A stretch of 64,000 nucleotides of DNA from a virus, in IMG/VR virus record IMGVR_UViG_3300025127_000009, positions 64,001 through 128,000 of that record; one strand, given 5' to 3'. Below, piece by piece: positions 55,129-63,497 of this stretch; the first letter of the stretch is position 1, and each line of letters starts with the position of its first letter. The notes below the pieces were generated by a model, which was not told where the DNA came from, did not search any database, and saw nothing but the letters and a program-made list of their open reading frames with translations. Made by a program: the position numbers and the translations under genes.

Positions 55129-55704
55129 TTACGCGCTCTTTTTATTCTCTCTGTTAATCTCTACCAGTCTCTCAAACGCCCACTTTCTAATTTGATCTCT
55201 GGGATATGTAGTCATCTTAACGCAGGAATCTACACTAAGATTTGGATGATTTATAACTTCTCTCGCTATCCTGTTACCCTCATAAGAAGAATTAATTTCT
55301 TTATCATCCAATATCCAATTAGTGATATCATCAACTATATGCACCGGAGCGCGTAAACCGGCGTTACGCAAGAAACAACTGCTTAATCGCCAGCGGCCCA
55401 TATATGAACTTAGAAACTTCTTTTTATGATCAGAGTATAACTCTTCATATTTACTGATGTTATTTTCGTAGTGTCTATTAATAACCAACGTAGCCTTTAG
55501 AACATAAGATCTCTTAGTGCCGTCATTCCACAGCATTTCTTTCACGCTATCGCACAAGAATGGGTTTTCTGCTAAATACAAGTTAGCAACCTTATAGCCT
55601 TGTTCATATATCCTTACCTGCATGAACTCATCAATCCAGCGATTCTTAGCGAGATTGTTAAGTTCTGTATTGCACATGGATTCAACATAATTGGCTAGTG
55701 ACAT
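55129..55704 (-). CDS. Hypothetical helical protein
   Basis: 191 aa ORF. Confidence 0.65.
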   Translation of the reverse strand: MSLANYVESMCNTELNNLAKNRWIDEFMQVRIYEQGYKVANLYLAENPFLCDSVKEMLWNDGTKRSYVLKATLVINRHYENNISKYEELYSDHKKKFLSSYMGRWRLSSCFLRNAGLRAPVHIVDDITNWILDDKEINSSYEGNRIAREVINHPNLSVDSCVKMTTYPRDQIRKWAFERLVEINRENKKSA

Positions 55705-55907
55705 TCCCTCTCCATTTCTTCCAATACTTCTAAAAGCATATCTTTCATGTCAAACGAACCGTAACCCCATCTAGGAGTTTTATACGGATCAATTCCTTCG
55801 ATCTTGTTTTTAATGATAGATGAAATTTTATCAAAAGTCAAATGTTTTTTTTCTTCGCTGGGTTCAATTTTAACTTCTGGGTGCAAACTAAACGGATCTA
55901 ACTTCAC
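55695..55907 (-). CDS. Hypothetical protein
   Basis: 70 aa ORF. Confidence 0.55.
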   Translation of the reverse strand: MKLDPFSLHPEVKIEPSEEKKHLTFDKISSIIKNKIEGIDPYKTPRWGYGSFDMKDMLLEVLEEMERECH

Positions 55908-56560
55908 TTTCGCCCCTTTACTGCTTTTATTTCCTTCTCAATAACTTCGGCAATACGACCGACTTTTATGAACTTTACCCTGTAAGGTATTGCTCCCTTA
56001 CACGCCCTTGTAATAGGGCCATAATTAACTGATGTGACAACACCAATGTCACCCTTATAATATGTATTTGGTCTTCCCTCTACCAATTGACCTACACTGT
56101 ACTTTGGCTTATTCTTGTATTCGTTTAACACCTTTACAGCGTACTTGTTGGCGCACATCTTGTCAAATTCCACCTTGGAAAGCACATGACCCTTTGGATC
56201 ATCTAATACCTTCTTGACAGTGAAACTAAAGTATCCTTCTTCCGATGCCTCGTAATATTTGGCACACTTAACAGCAACATCACGGAGGTCATCACTGTAA
56301 GAAGTACTCCAGTTTTTTGCTTCTTCAATGGCTTTGTCACTGTAAATCCCCTCTATGCTTTCCAGGTATCTTTCTTGGCCAGGTGTCAAGTATCCTCTAT
56401 CATCGTAAAAACATTTGACATCATTTAAAAAATTAAGGTGTCGTTCTTTTCTGTAATGGTTTATAATTGTATCCGCAGCAATTGCATTTTTTGTGATTTT
56501 CGAAATTCGCTCAAGCACTGAATTTTCCTTTCTCCATTTGTTCACATGCAATAATATCAA
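55904..56560 (-). CDS. Hypothetical protein with C-terminal SH3/KOW-like module
   Basis: KYSVGQLVE...YRVKF. Confidence 0.6.
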   Translation of the reverse strand: MILLHVNKWRKENSVLERISKITKNAIAADTIINHYRKERHLNFLNDVKCFYDDRGYLTPGQERYLESIEGIYSDKAIEEAKNWSTSYSDDLRDVAVKCAKYYEASEEGYFSFTVKKVLDDPKGHVLSKVEFDKMCANKYAVKVLNEYKNKPKYSVGQLVEGRPNTYYKGDIGVVTSVNYGPITRACKGAIPYRVKFIKVGRIAEVIEKEIKAVKGRK

Positions 56561-56693
56561 AAATTGTTTTTGTTTTCAACCTTTTTTTTAAAATATATGC
56601 GGCCTGTCTTTTTGAAATGGCTATTGAAACTTTGAAAACGGAATATGCTTCTTGTGATTGATCCAGTTTATAACACCAAGTTCTAAAAAGCAT
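56511..56693 (-). CDS. Hypothetical protein
   Basis: 60 aa ORF. Confidence 0.45.
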   Translation of the reverse strand: MLFRTWCYKLDQSQEAYSVFKVSIAISKRQAAYILKKRLKTKTIFDIIACEQMEKGKFSA

Positions 56694-56738
56694 GATTGTT
56701 CTCCACTAGATATCATTACTATAATTAGAGGCAAGATT

Positions 56739-56815
56739 TGGTCCACCCCCAGAGAATTGAACTCTGCTTTAGAACGCTTATAAGACGCCCCCTGACCACC
56801 AGCCAGCCGGGGTGG
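56739..56815 (-). tRNA. tRNA-Ile(UAU), CCA encoded, atypical
   Basis: CCACCCC/GGGGTGG acceptor stem; loop CTTATAA; CAGAG-TTCAATT-CTCTG; G8 and three G-U pairs in the anticodon stem. Confidence 0.75.
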
Positions 56816-56821
56816 ATAAAG

Positions 56822-56894
56822 AGCCCGCGATAGGACTTGAACCTACAACTTATTGATTACAAATCAATTACTCTACCAATTGAGTTACACGGGC
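56822..56894 (-). tRNA. tRNA-Thr(UGU), CCA not encoded
   Basis: Cloverleaf; ATTGA-TTTGTAA-TCAAT. Confidence 0.95.
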
Positions 56895-56898
56895 AGAA

Positions 56899-56919
56899 CC
56901 CCTTAGAAAAACTAAGGGG
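56899..56919 (-). terminator. Hairpin (terminator or processing stem)
   Basis: CCCCTTAG-N5-CTAAGGGG followed by TTCT. Confidence 0.55.
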
Positions 56920-56927
56920 CATTGACC

Positions 56928-57017
56928 TTACTTGCCCTTTGGTGGGTTATTGTCACGACCGCCGCCGCTTGGGTTTCCAGTTGTTGATGGCCAACCACCG
57001 TTGTTACCACTAGACAT
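56928..57017 (-). CDS. 29-aa Gly/Asn/Pro-rich micropeptide
   Basis: MSSGNNGGWPSTTGNPSGGGRDNNPPKGK; perfect SD AAGGAGGTG 7 nt upstream. Confidence 0.7.
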   Translation of the reverse strand: MSSGNNGGWPSTTGNPSGGGRDNNPPKGK

Positions 57018-57062
57018 ACAGCATCACCTCCTTTCATTAATTAATTTCACACTCACAAACAG

Positions 57063-57145
57063 TAGGGACGGAGGGACTTGAACCCACACGGCCAATAGCC
57101 GGGAGATTTTAAGTCTCCTGCGTCTACCTATTCCGCCACGTCCCC
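57063..57145 (-). tRNA. tRNA-Leu(UAA), CCA not encoded
   Basis: GGAGA-CTTAAAA-TCTCC; long variable arm. Confidence 0.95.
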
Positions 57146-57176
57146 GTTTGATCTTTTTTCAACTTGATCGTGCCTA

Positions 57177-57205
57177 ATCTTAGTATATAAAATAAAACTT
57201 GTCAA
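57177..57205 (-). promoter_or_regulatory. Sigma70-like promoter for the tRNA-Leu/peptide unit
   Basis: TTGACA-N17-TAAGAT. Confidence 0.7.
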
Positions 57206-57253
57206 GCCAAAAACAAGAAAAAAAGTATAAATAAATTCTATAAAATTCATACT

Positions 57254-57436
57254 CTAATCCTTAAAATACACCGACATCCCCATTAACGTTGGTGCCCAAA
57301 GACCAATAAAGATACCAAACCTTTCGGCATGTGCAGGATCCTCCCCTGCGATTACCCACGTTGCAATCGACGCTGCAACAGACACCAGTGATGCGATAAA
57401 GCATCCAGATGAAAGTGTTTCTCTGTTCATTTTCAC
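57254..57436 (-). CDS. Small two-helix membrane protein
   Basis: SIATW...FGIFIGLWAPT. Confidence 0.65.
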   Translation of the reverse strand: MKMNRETLSSGCFIASLVSVAASIATWVIAGEDPAHAERFGIFIGLWAPTLMGMSVYFKD

Positions 57437-57473
57437 TCCTCTTCTGGTGGTCTAACCACCTGCTAAATTAAAT

Positions 57474-57550
57474 TGGCACCCTGGGCAGGATTCGAACCTG
57501 CGACCTGCGGATTAGAAGTCCGATGTTCTATCCAACTGAACTACCAGGGC
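57474..57550 (-). tRNA. tRNA-Arg(UCU), CCA encoded
   Basis: Cloverleaf; loop CTTCTAA; GGTTCGAATCC. Confidence 0.95.
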
Positions 57551-58503
57551 ATAATCTTCTTTACTTCTTGAATTATATTTTCTCTTCTTAGGGAATCTCT
57601 GTATTCCAAAAGAGCCAACTCTTTCTTTTTACACTCTAGCATCATATCGTAAGTTTGTCCATAACTTTTTACAGGATTCTTAATATAATCTGAATGCGCT
57701 TGTGGCTTAATTTTATCGTCACCATATTCTAGTGCTCTTGACTCAGATAAGTGAACCACAGGACGAATACCGGCGGGCCAAGTAGACACCGCTAGTTTAA
57801 GCGCCTCCTCTTCTGTTTGACCACCAGTGCAAAAACGGTGATGATGATAATCAAAAACAATTGGTACTCCGACTTCCTTAAAGATGTATTCATAAAGATG
57901 CTTTGTAGACCACATGCTCGCCTTGTCATCATTCTCAAGTGTCAATCTCTTCTGACAATTCGCATCTAGTCTTTTGAATGCCTCGCACCATCGCTTGGCA
58001 GTCCCTTCAAAGTCACCGCCATACGTGCCACCAACATGAATGTTAATCTTGTTATAGTGGCTTGGGATAAATCCCATCATATCAAATATCTCTGAATGAT
58101 TATTAAGTTCGTGAATTGCTTTCTCTACAACATCTGGCCTTGGAGACCCCAGCACATTGAATGGACCAGGATGAAACGTCAACCGTTGCCCAGTCTCAAA
58201 TGCATACTCGCCTGCTAAGTCAAGTTGATAGCAGATATTGTTGTAGTCTGGCAAGTCGCTAAACTTATACTCTGACATCCAGGGAAAAATATCTGAGGAC
58301 ATACGATAGAACTTAATGTCATGCGCGTGATTCCATTCTAAAATCTTGAATAGATCCTTAACATTCAATAGAGAAATCTCTGAAGCATACTCTATCCCCT
58401 TGCTTTGAAATGTCTTTTTAATCATAGACCTATTTGTTGTGATGCGCTTAGACTTAGGCACATCAGATAGTGTCATGTTTATACACGCATAACCCAAGTT
58501 CAT
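57541..58503 (-). CDS. uvsE: UV-damage endonuclease (UvsE/UvdE)
   Basis: LGYACIN, YRMSSD, RLTFHPG, LENDD, FDYHHH, VHLSE, AHSD; start revised to MNLGY. Confidence 0.93.
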   Translation of the reverse strand: MNLGYACINMTLSDVPKSKRITTNRSMIKKTFQSKGIEYASEISLLNVKDLFKILEWNHAHDIKFYRMSSDIFPWMSEYKFSDLPDYNNICYQLDLAGEYAFETGQRLTFHPGPFNVLGSPRPDVVEKAIHELNNHSEIFDMMGFIPSHYNKINIHVGGTYGGDFEGTAKRWCEAFKRLDANCQKRLTLENDDKASMWSTKHLYEYIFKEVGVPIVFDYHHHRFCTGGQTEEEALKLAVSTWPAGIRPVVHLSESRALEYGDDKIKPQAHSDYIKNPVKSYGQTYDMMLECKKKELALLEYRDSLRRENIIQEVKKIMPW

Positions 58504-58584
58504 TACTTCGACCTCCACCAATCAATCATCATTTGGCCTACCCAAATGCCAACTGCAATTGTAATCACAGTTCCAATAAAATCC

Positions 58585-58612
58585 ATTATACACTCTCCTT
58601 AATAAATGTCAA
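58585..58612 (-). promoter_or_regulatory. Sigma70-like promoter
   Basis: TTGACA-N16-TATAAT. Confidence 0.65.
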
Positions 58613-59282
58613 CAAAAAGTTTTCCGTTTTTCATATATCTCTCAAGCGCTTCAATGGCATGAGCATCTTGCCACTTATCATGTTCGCGATATGATTCAGG
58701 GATAATATTTGTTCTATTATAAACCTGCTTATCATAATGATTCGCTTTCTTGAGAACTTTTTTTACTTCCTCATGTGAATCTAGGTGTTCCGCTTTAAAA
58801 CTTGCAACTCTATTCACGGGAGAGAGTAAAGTCATTAACACATCAGGGTTTTGATAAGTCTTGCCTAAAGACCTTGCTGAACTCCAATCGCCCTCAGTTA
58901 CTCTATTTATAATGTCATTGAACTCCTCCGGTAACGTAGAGAAAGAGTGATAAATAGTTTTACCGCTCTTAGGGCCTGTCATGCACATTATCGCAACACG
59001 CCCGATACGACCTTTGGAAATAGGACTTACATCGTTTAGGCCAATTTCTTTAATCATTCCAGTTATAAGTTTTCTTTCGCGTGCGTAAGTTCCTTCTCTA
59101 AAAGAGACAAGAGCACCAGGACCAAACCCCATTTCTTCAAACTTTTGCTTTAGTTGTGATCGGTACTGATTAGTTGCTTTTTGCACCAACGCAGCGTCCT
59201 TCTTTAGCGTAGGACATGTTCTGCGGTTGTGCGTATATTGTGTGCAGTATGAACAGGCTTTTGCCATGATGCTACCTTTCAA
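58599..59282 (-). CDS. Hypothetical protein with N-terminal zinc knuckle
   Basis: CSYCTQYTHNRRTCP. Confidence 0.65.
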   Translation of the reverse strand: MKGSIMAKACSYCTQYTHNRRTCPTLKKDAALVQKATNQYRSQLKQKFEEMGFGPGALVSFREGTYARERKLITGMIKEIGLNDVSPISKGRIGRVAIMCMTGPKSGKTIYHSFSTLPEEFNDIINRVTEGDWSSARSLGKTYQNPDVLMTLLSPVNRVASFKAEHLDSHEEVKKVLKKANHYDKQVYNRTNIIPESYREHDKWQDAHAIEALERYMKNGKLFVDIY

Positions 59283-59303
59283 GTGTTGTTAAAACGTGAA
59301 TCT

Positions 59304-59332
59304 ATAATATAATTTAAAATTGTTTTTGTCAA
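59304..59332 (-). promoter_or_regulatory. Sigma70-like promoter
   Basis: TTGACA-N17-TATTAT. Confidence 0.7.
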
Positions 59333-59592
59333 GAAGAAAATTTTACTTTCGCTATTTGCTTTAACCATTTTGCACGGATCCACTGTGTTTCCTTAGATGC
59401 CTCTGGATCTGGAGACTTCAACACTTTTATCATACAAGTATATTCGTCGTCATGCCACCTTTGCTCGCTGGTGTTTGTTTGAGGGTTGATTAGTTTAGTT
59501 TTGACGACCAAACCTAATAGTTTAGAGTTTTCCTCACTATAAGGAACGTCAACTTCAACCAGATCGCCTATGTCAAACTTTTGTCTAATCAT
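59329..59592 (-). CDS. SH3/KOW-like hypothetical protein
   Basis: FDIGDLVEV...GLVV. Confidence 0.6.
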   Translation of the reverse strand: MIRQKFDIGDLVEVDVPYSEENSKLLGLVVKTKLINPQTNTSEQRWHDDEYTCMIKVLKSPDPEASKETQWIRAKWLKQIAKVKFSS

Positions 59593-59598
59593 ATCTAA

Positions 59599-59627
59599 AT
59601 CATACTAAATAAAAATTTAAAAGTCAA
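59599..59627 (-). promoter_or_regulatory. Sigma70-like promoter
   Basis: TTGACT-N17-TATGAT. Confidence 0.7.
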
Positions 59628-60062
59628 TTAAAAACCATCATCATCCATCAACCAACTAAAATCGAGGTCATACTCGCCCGTGTCATCAGGGTCTTTTACG
59701 TCTTTCTTGGCGACGTACCTTTTCTTTTGTACTTTTTTTTTATACTCTGGAACAATCGGTTGTTCATGTGCTGAATCATGATTTTGAATTATTCCATCAG
59801 ACATGGCTGGTAGATAAGAAGGATCTCCGCCTGGAAATACCCTGATCTTTTCTCCGTTGTCTAAAGTCATGACGGGATCTCCATTCTTTATCTCGTCATT
59901 TTCCATAACTTCTTTTGCAGTTAGATATTTATATTTCATCTTTGGTCTGCCATCTTGCATGTAAGAAGTTATGAACTTAAACTTACCCGCTTTGCTTGCC
60001 TTTACAGAAACCCTTTGCCCTTCCTTTATGAAGGATATATGTAAAATCTTTTTTTTACTCAC
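59628..60062 (-). CDS. Hypothetical protein
   Basis: 144 aa ORF. Confidence 0.6.
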   Translation of the reverse strand: MSKKKILHISFIKEGQRVSVKASKAGKFKFITSYMQDGRPKMKYKYLTAKEVMENDEIKNGDPVMTLDNGEKIRVFPGGDPSYLPAMSDGIIQNHDSAHEQPIVPEYKKKVQKKRYVAKKDVKDPDDTGEYDLDFSWLMDDDGF

Positions 60063-60222
60063 CTTTCTTTCTCTCTAGTCTTTTACTTATAGAGTATTTA
60101 ATACGATCTTTGGCCAACAAACTAAGCGCATAAATACTACCAGCAGCCAGTACAGGAAACATTTGCACCAGCAATATACACGTATCATAGTGCGGTAGTC
60201 TTAGATTGTTTTTAATCTTCAT
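60055..60222 (-). CDS. Small membrane protein
   Basis: Likely start MKIKNNL; one hydrophobic helix. Confidence 0.45.
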   Translation of the reverse strand: MKIKNNLRLPHYDTCILLVQMFPVLAAGSIYALSLLAKDRIKYSISKRLERKKGE

Positions 60223-60475
60223 AAGTATACTCAAGCATCCTAATGTTCTTACAAAACCTAACAAACCTAACTGGAGCAAAGCCTGGTTTCTTTCTCTTTA
60301 AGATCGACGCTCTTGGCTCGCACCATTCATGAGTATCCGGCAAGTAAACTAAATATTTACCACCATCTACCTCTCTGTAAAACATGCCCTCTTTATCTTT
60401 TGCGTTATAACCAAAAACTTCGTAGTCATCAGTAAATATGACAACTTCGCCTTTTTTTAGTTTAACTTCTGACAT
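60212..60475 (-). CDS. Hypothetical protein
   Basis: Start revised to MSEVKLKKGEVV. Confidence 0.6.
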   Translation of the reverse strand: MSEVKLKKGEVVIFTDDYEVFGYNAKDKEGMFYREVDGGKYLVYLPDTHEWCEPRASILKRKKPGFAPVRFVRFCKNIRMLEYTYED

Positions 60476-60583
60476 ATTATTCACTCCCCAATATATAACA
60501 CAAATATGTAAACACAAACAAACCTATGATTAGCAGATAGGATACTGTACCGATCTCGGCTATCATAAGATCACCGATTGCCT

Positions 60584-60805
60584 CTAGTATTTCCTTAACT
60601 GCCAAATCCATACATCTTCTACCTGCCCTGTATTCCAAACAACTTTATATTTTTTTGTTAAGTTTGGATTCGTATCATCTAAAATTCTCTCAATAATAAT
60701 TCCTCTAAGAGGCATCTTCTCGGGCTTAACATGCTCAGAATACCTCTTAAGGTCTGGTCTGACAAGAAGCCCTGGCTTGGCTTCTCTGTCTTTTATTCTA
60801 CCCAT
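60584..60805 (-). CDS. SH3/KOW-like hypothetical protein
   Basis: KPGLLVRP...YKVVW. Confidence 0.55.
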   Translation of the reverse strand: MGRIKDREAKPGLLVRPDLKRYSEHVKPEKMPLRGIIIERILDDTNPNLTKKYKVVWNTGQVEDVWIWQLRKY

Positions 60806-61079
60806 TCTCGTAAAAGTTCATATTCTTTGAAATGTGTCTGGCCAATGCCTGAGAGGCGCTTAAGACATCATCCTGGTTATCACAGCACCAGGAGCCCTGC
60901 ATTGTGAGCATGTTACGGATATCAACAAACAACCTCTCAAAGGTCCCGTCAGCATCTTCTAGGCTCTTCGTGTCTAAATTATCATTTATATATCCATAAG
61001 TCTTTTGGGTATGCGTCTCGTCTACCCATTTGTATTGTGATCCACTGCGCTCTTCTGAAAAGTCATATCTGTTCTTCAT
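60798..61079 (-). CDS. Hypothetical protein
   Basis: 93 aa ORF. Confidence 0.6.
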   Translation of the reverse strand: MKNRYDFSEERSGSQYKWVDETHTQKTYGYINDNLDTKSLEDADGTFERLFVDIRNMLTMQGSWCCDNQDDVLSASQALARHISKNMNFYENG

Positions 61080-61257
61080 TTAAAACTAAACTCCAAAATT
61101 TAAATTTAAGTATCTTGCCTTCGTTAAGGCCATTGTCCATAAGGACGTTATAATAATCGTTACCCAATACACCAACAATGGTGCCGCTTATATTCAGTGG
61201 TCTACCTAGCGGGTAGTCCGTTATGTATACTTTATCTCCCTTTTGATAGTCGGCCAT
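61063..61257 (-). CDS. SH3/KOW-like hypothetical protein
   Basis: YQKGDKVYI...YYNV. Confidence 0.6.
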   Translation of the reverse strand: MADYQKGDKVYITDYPLGRPLNISGTIVGVLGNDYYNVLMDNGLNEGKILKFKFWSLVLNEEQI

Positions 61258-61317
61258 CTTTATTCATACTCCGATGGCCAGTTTGTTTTTACATTAAAAC
61301 AAAAATTTTGAATTATG

Positions 61318-61527
61318 TCAAATGTTTTTTCTATTATCTGCATAATCTTTTGCTTCCCTGAGTAGTTCACAGGTAGCATCAAGATTAAAGCGCTTTGGTA
61401 TTTGAATCATTGGGAGAATCCCGTGAACAATGAAGAAGACTGACCGACAAAGGAAACCTAATCCTATTGAGCATGCAAATTTTAAATGTGATAGGTATGT
61501 TTCGTTATTGTCAATCAAGTGCTTCAT
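61318..61527 (-). CDS. DUF6356-like small membrane protein
   Basis: HLIDNNETYLSHLKFA...VHGILP; family name recalled, not searched. Confidence 0.65.
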   Translation of the reverse strand: MKHLIDNNETYLSHLKFACSIGLGFLCRSVFFIVHGILPMIQIPKRFNLDATCELLREAKDYADNRKNI

Positions 61528-61534
61528 ACACTAA

Positions 61535-61795
61535 CTAGATCGAATAATCAGATCTTTCTGAGGAATCATCACCACCTATCGGGAAGTGAATCGTAACTTC
61601 TGGAGTTTGATCCTCCACAGTCAACGCAATACATTTAAATGTTGTTCCCTCTGGTGCGATATTCATACCGCAAACAGAACCGCGATTGCAAACGACCTGA
61701 TCAGATCTGCAATCATCTTGAATCTCCTCAAAGGAACCCTCCTCATCACCACAACCGATAAACATACACGCCAACAAAACTAAAACCGTCTTCAT
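61535..61795 (-). CDS. Putative Cys-rich lipoprotein
   Basis: Lipobox FIGC. Confidence 0.6.
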   Translation of the reverse strand: MKTVLVLLACMFIGCGDEEGSFEEIQDDCRSDQVVCNRGSVCGMNIAPEGTTFKCIALTVEDQTPEVTIHFPIGGDDSSERSDYSI

Positions 61796-61818
61796 AGTAA
61801 CCTCCTTTCTGTTTGTAT

Positions 61819-62328
61819 TTACAGTTTTAAAAATTTCTTATAATAATCTGGAAAATTTTGAAAGTATTTAGTCTGCATGAGATTTTTATGCGCCTTATTT
61901 AACACATCTTTTTTTATAATACTTACCAAAAAATACGGGGCTTGGCCCCTTGGATTAAACTCATCTATACTATATGTGTCGTTAGGATTGATACATATAG
62001 TTTGATACCCTTCAATGTTGTTTTTATCTAAAGACTTATTAAAAATATTCTGGAGTTTTTTAGTATACTCTCCCTCAACTTCAACCGGCTGATCATCCTC
62101 AAAAAGAGCCCAAAGTCCCGATTGATACCCGTCATCCTCCATATCTTTTACCACTTGAGCAAAAGTAGTATAACTAGGATCATATACATCAATCAATAGA
62201 TCACCGCTCACCCTTTCGGCTTTCGCGTAAGGACAAGCAGCAAACCCAGAAAATTCTTCTCTTGGTTGTTCTAAAACTTCGATCAAATATGTAATGATCT
62301 TACCGACTATTTGTTTTTTTTGCAACAT
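61819..62328 (-). CDS. Hypothetical protein
   Basis: 169 aa; ACPYAK motif. Confidence 0.65.
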   Translation of the reverse strand: MLQKKQIVGKIITYLIEVLEQPREEFSGFAACPYAKAERVSGDLLIDVYDPSYTTFAQVVKDMEDDGYQSGLWALFEDDQPVEVEGEYTKKLQNIFNKSLDKNNIEGYQTICINPNDTYSIDEFNPRGQAPYFLVSIIKKDVLNKAHKNLMQTKYFQNFPDYYKKFLKL

Positions 62329-62333
62329 CTTTT

Positions 62334-62913
62334 TTATTTAAATGAATTAATTAAACTTCTTTGTGCCTTTCTTTTTTCAACCAAATAAGAAAACTTACTT
62401 GTTGAAAAAACTTTATCCTCTGGGGATTCATAGATCATGTGTACTTTTGACATAGGAAACCCTTTTAAAGTTACACCATCACCCTTAAATTCTAAATACT
62501 CTTTTGTTAAGTCAGAAGAGTTTATATAACCGGAAGAGTAAGACTTTGGATCTCCAGTGTCTACCAACAACAAAACATCAAATTTTATAACATCAGAAAT
62601 AGACCTGGCCGAAGCATCACCTAAAGAATTCATTAGTTTAATACCGCTAACTACGTTTTTGATATTACCTTTTTCACTCTTTAAACAATGCTTTTGGCTT
62701 TTCATTTCAATTTTAAATTTCGCACTCATGATCCCAACCTTGCTTGTCTACATGAATTATCTTTCCATCAGAAAAAGTTTCAACTGCCAATTCAAGAATA
62801 TCTGATTTATCAAACCTATTCTTTCTAGTGTTCAATTCATCTCCTATATTGTAAACCATATCAAAAAATTTTGACCACTCAACTTGGCTAAAAATATTAT
62901 CTATTTTCTTCAA
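62334..62913 (-). pseudogene. Frame-split restriction-endonuclease-like (PD-(D/E)XK) gene: ORFs 62713-62913 and 62334-62729
   Basis: GWDH(E) ends the upstream ORF and KIEMK begins the downstream one; joined by +1 at GAA ATT TAA A. Could be a pseudogene, an assembly error or programmed recoding. Confidence 0.5.
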
Positions 62914-62946
62914 TTAAAAAAACTCCTTTCCAAACACTGTGGAATA

Positions 62947-62975
62947 ATAATAGCAAAAATTTATTACTAATGCAA
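62947..62975 (-). promoter_or_regulatory. Sigma70-like promoter
   Basis: TTGCAT-N17-TATTAT. Confidence 0.65.
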
Positions 62976-62988
62976 CATAAAAAATCAA

Positions 62989-63468
62989 TTAAAAAGGCTG
63001 TAATTCAAAAACAACTAGTACGTTCACCCTACCATGATTATTTGTTGGATTAATAGATAATCCGATTACATCATGAGCGCTGAATGTCGCAGAGTTTGAA
63101 AATGTTGCTTTAACCACTGTATTCGCTGTGGATAAATCTATAGTCTGAGTTTCTGTTGCCGTTGAATTTATTTGTTCTGTACCGTCAGAAGACTTGTGAA
63201 AACCAACCTCCGTACTCCCTGGGGTTGCGTCAGACCTAATCAACACATGCTTCAATGTCCCATTTGAAGGCACAATAAACTTATTATTAACACCTGGACT
63301 TGTAGTAGAACCGGTATCAACTGGTCTAATAAATATCTTACTGCTCCCGCCTGTATTTGTATACTTTGCACTAAAAAAATGTTTCAGCACTAATGTACTT
63401 TCGTCTATATCATCACCAGTAACAGTATCGTCTGTTATTTGTTTTCCGTCTATTCCTGTTCTTGCCAT
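62989..63468 (-). CDS. Hypothetical beta-rich, probably structural protein
   Basis: GIDGKQITDDTVTGDDI start; Ser/Thr-rich. Confidence 0.6.
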   Translation of the reverse strand: MARTGIDGKQITDDTVTGDDIDESTLVLKHFFSAKYTNTGGSSKIFIRPVDTGSTTSPGVNNKFIVPSNGTLKHVLIRSDATPGSTEVGFHKSSDGTEQINSTATETQTIDLSTANTVVKATFSNSATFSAHDVIGLSINPTNNHGRVNVLVVFELQPF

Positions 63469-63497
63469 ATCTTAATTAATCTCCAAAATAAGAAAAT

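Noticed and set aside
282-62805. Plus-strand ORFs from the track (e.g. 1444-1947, 2699-3082, 17802-18197, 46156-46521, 53994-54308)
   Set aside because: They are antisense shadows of well-supported minus-strand genes, with no motifs or RBS. Only 23331-24071 is accepted.
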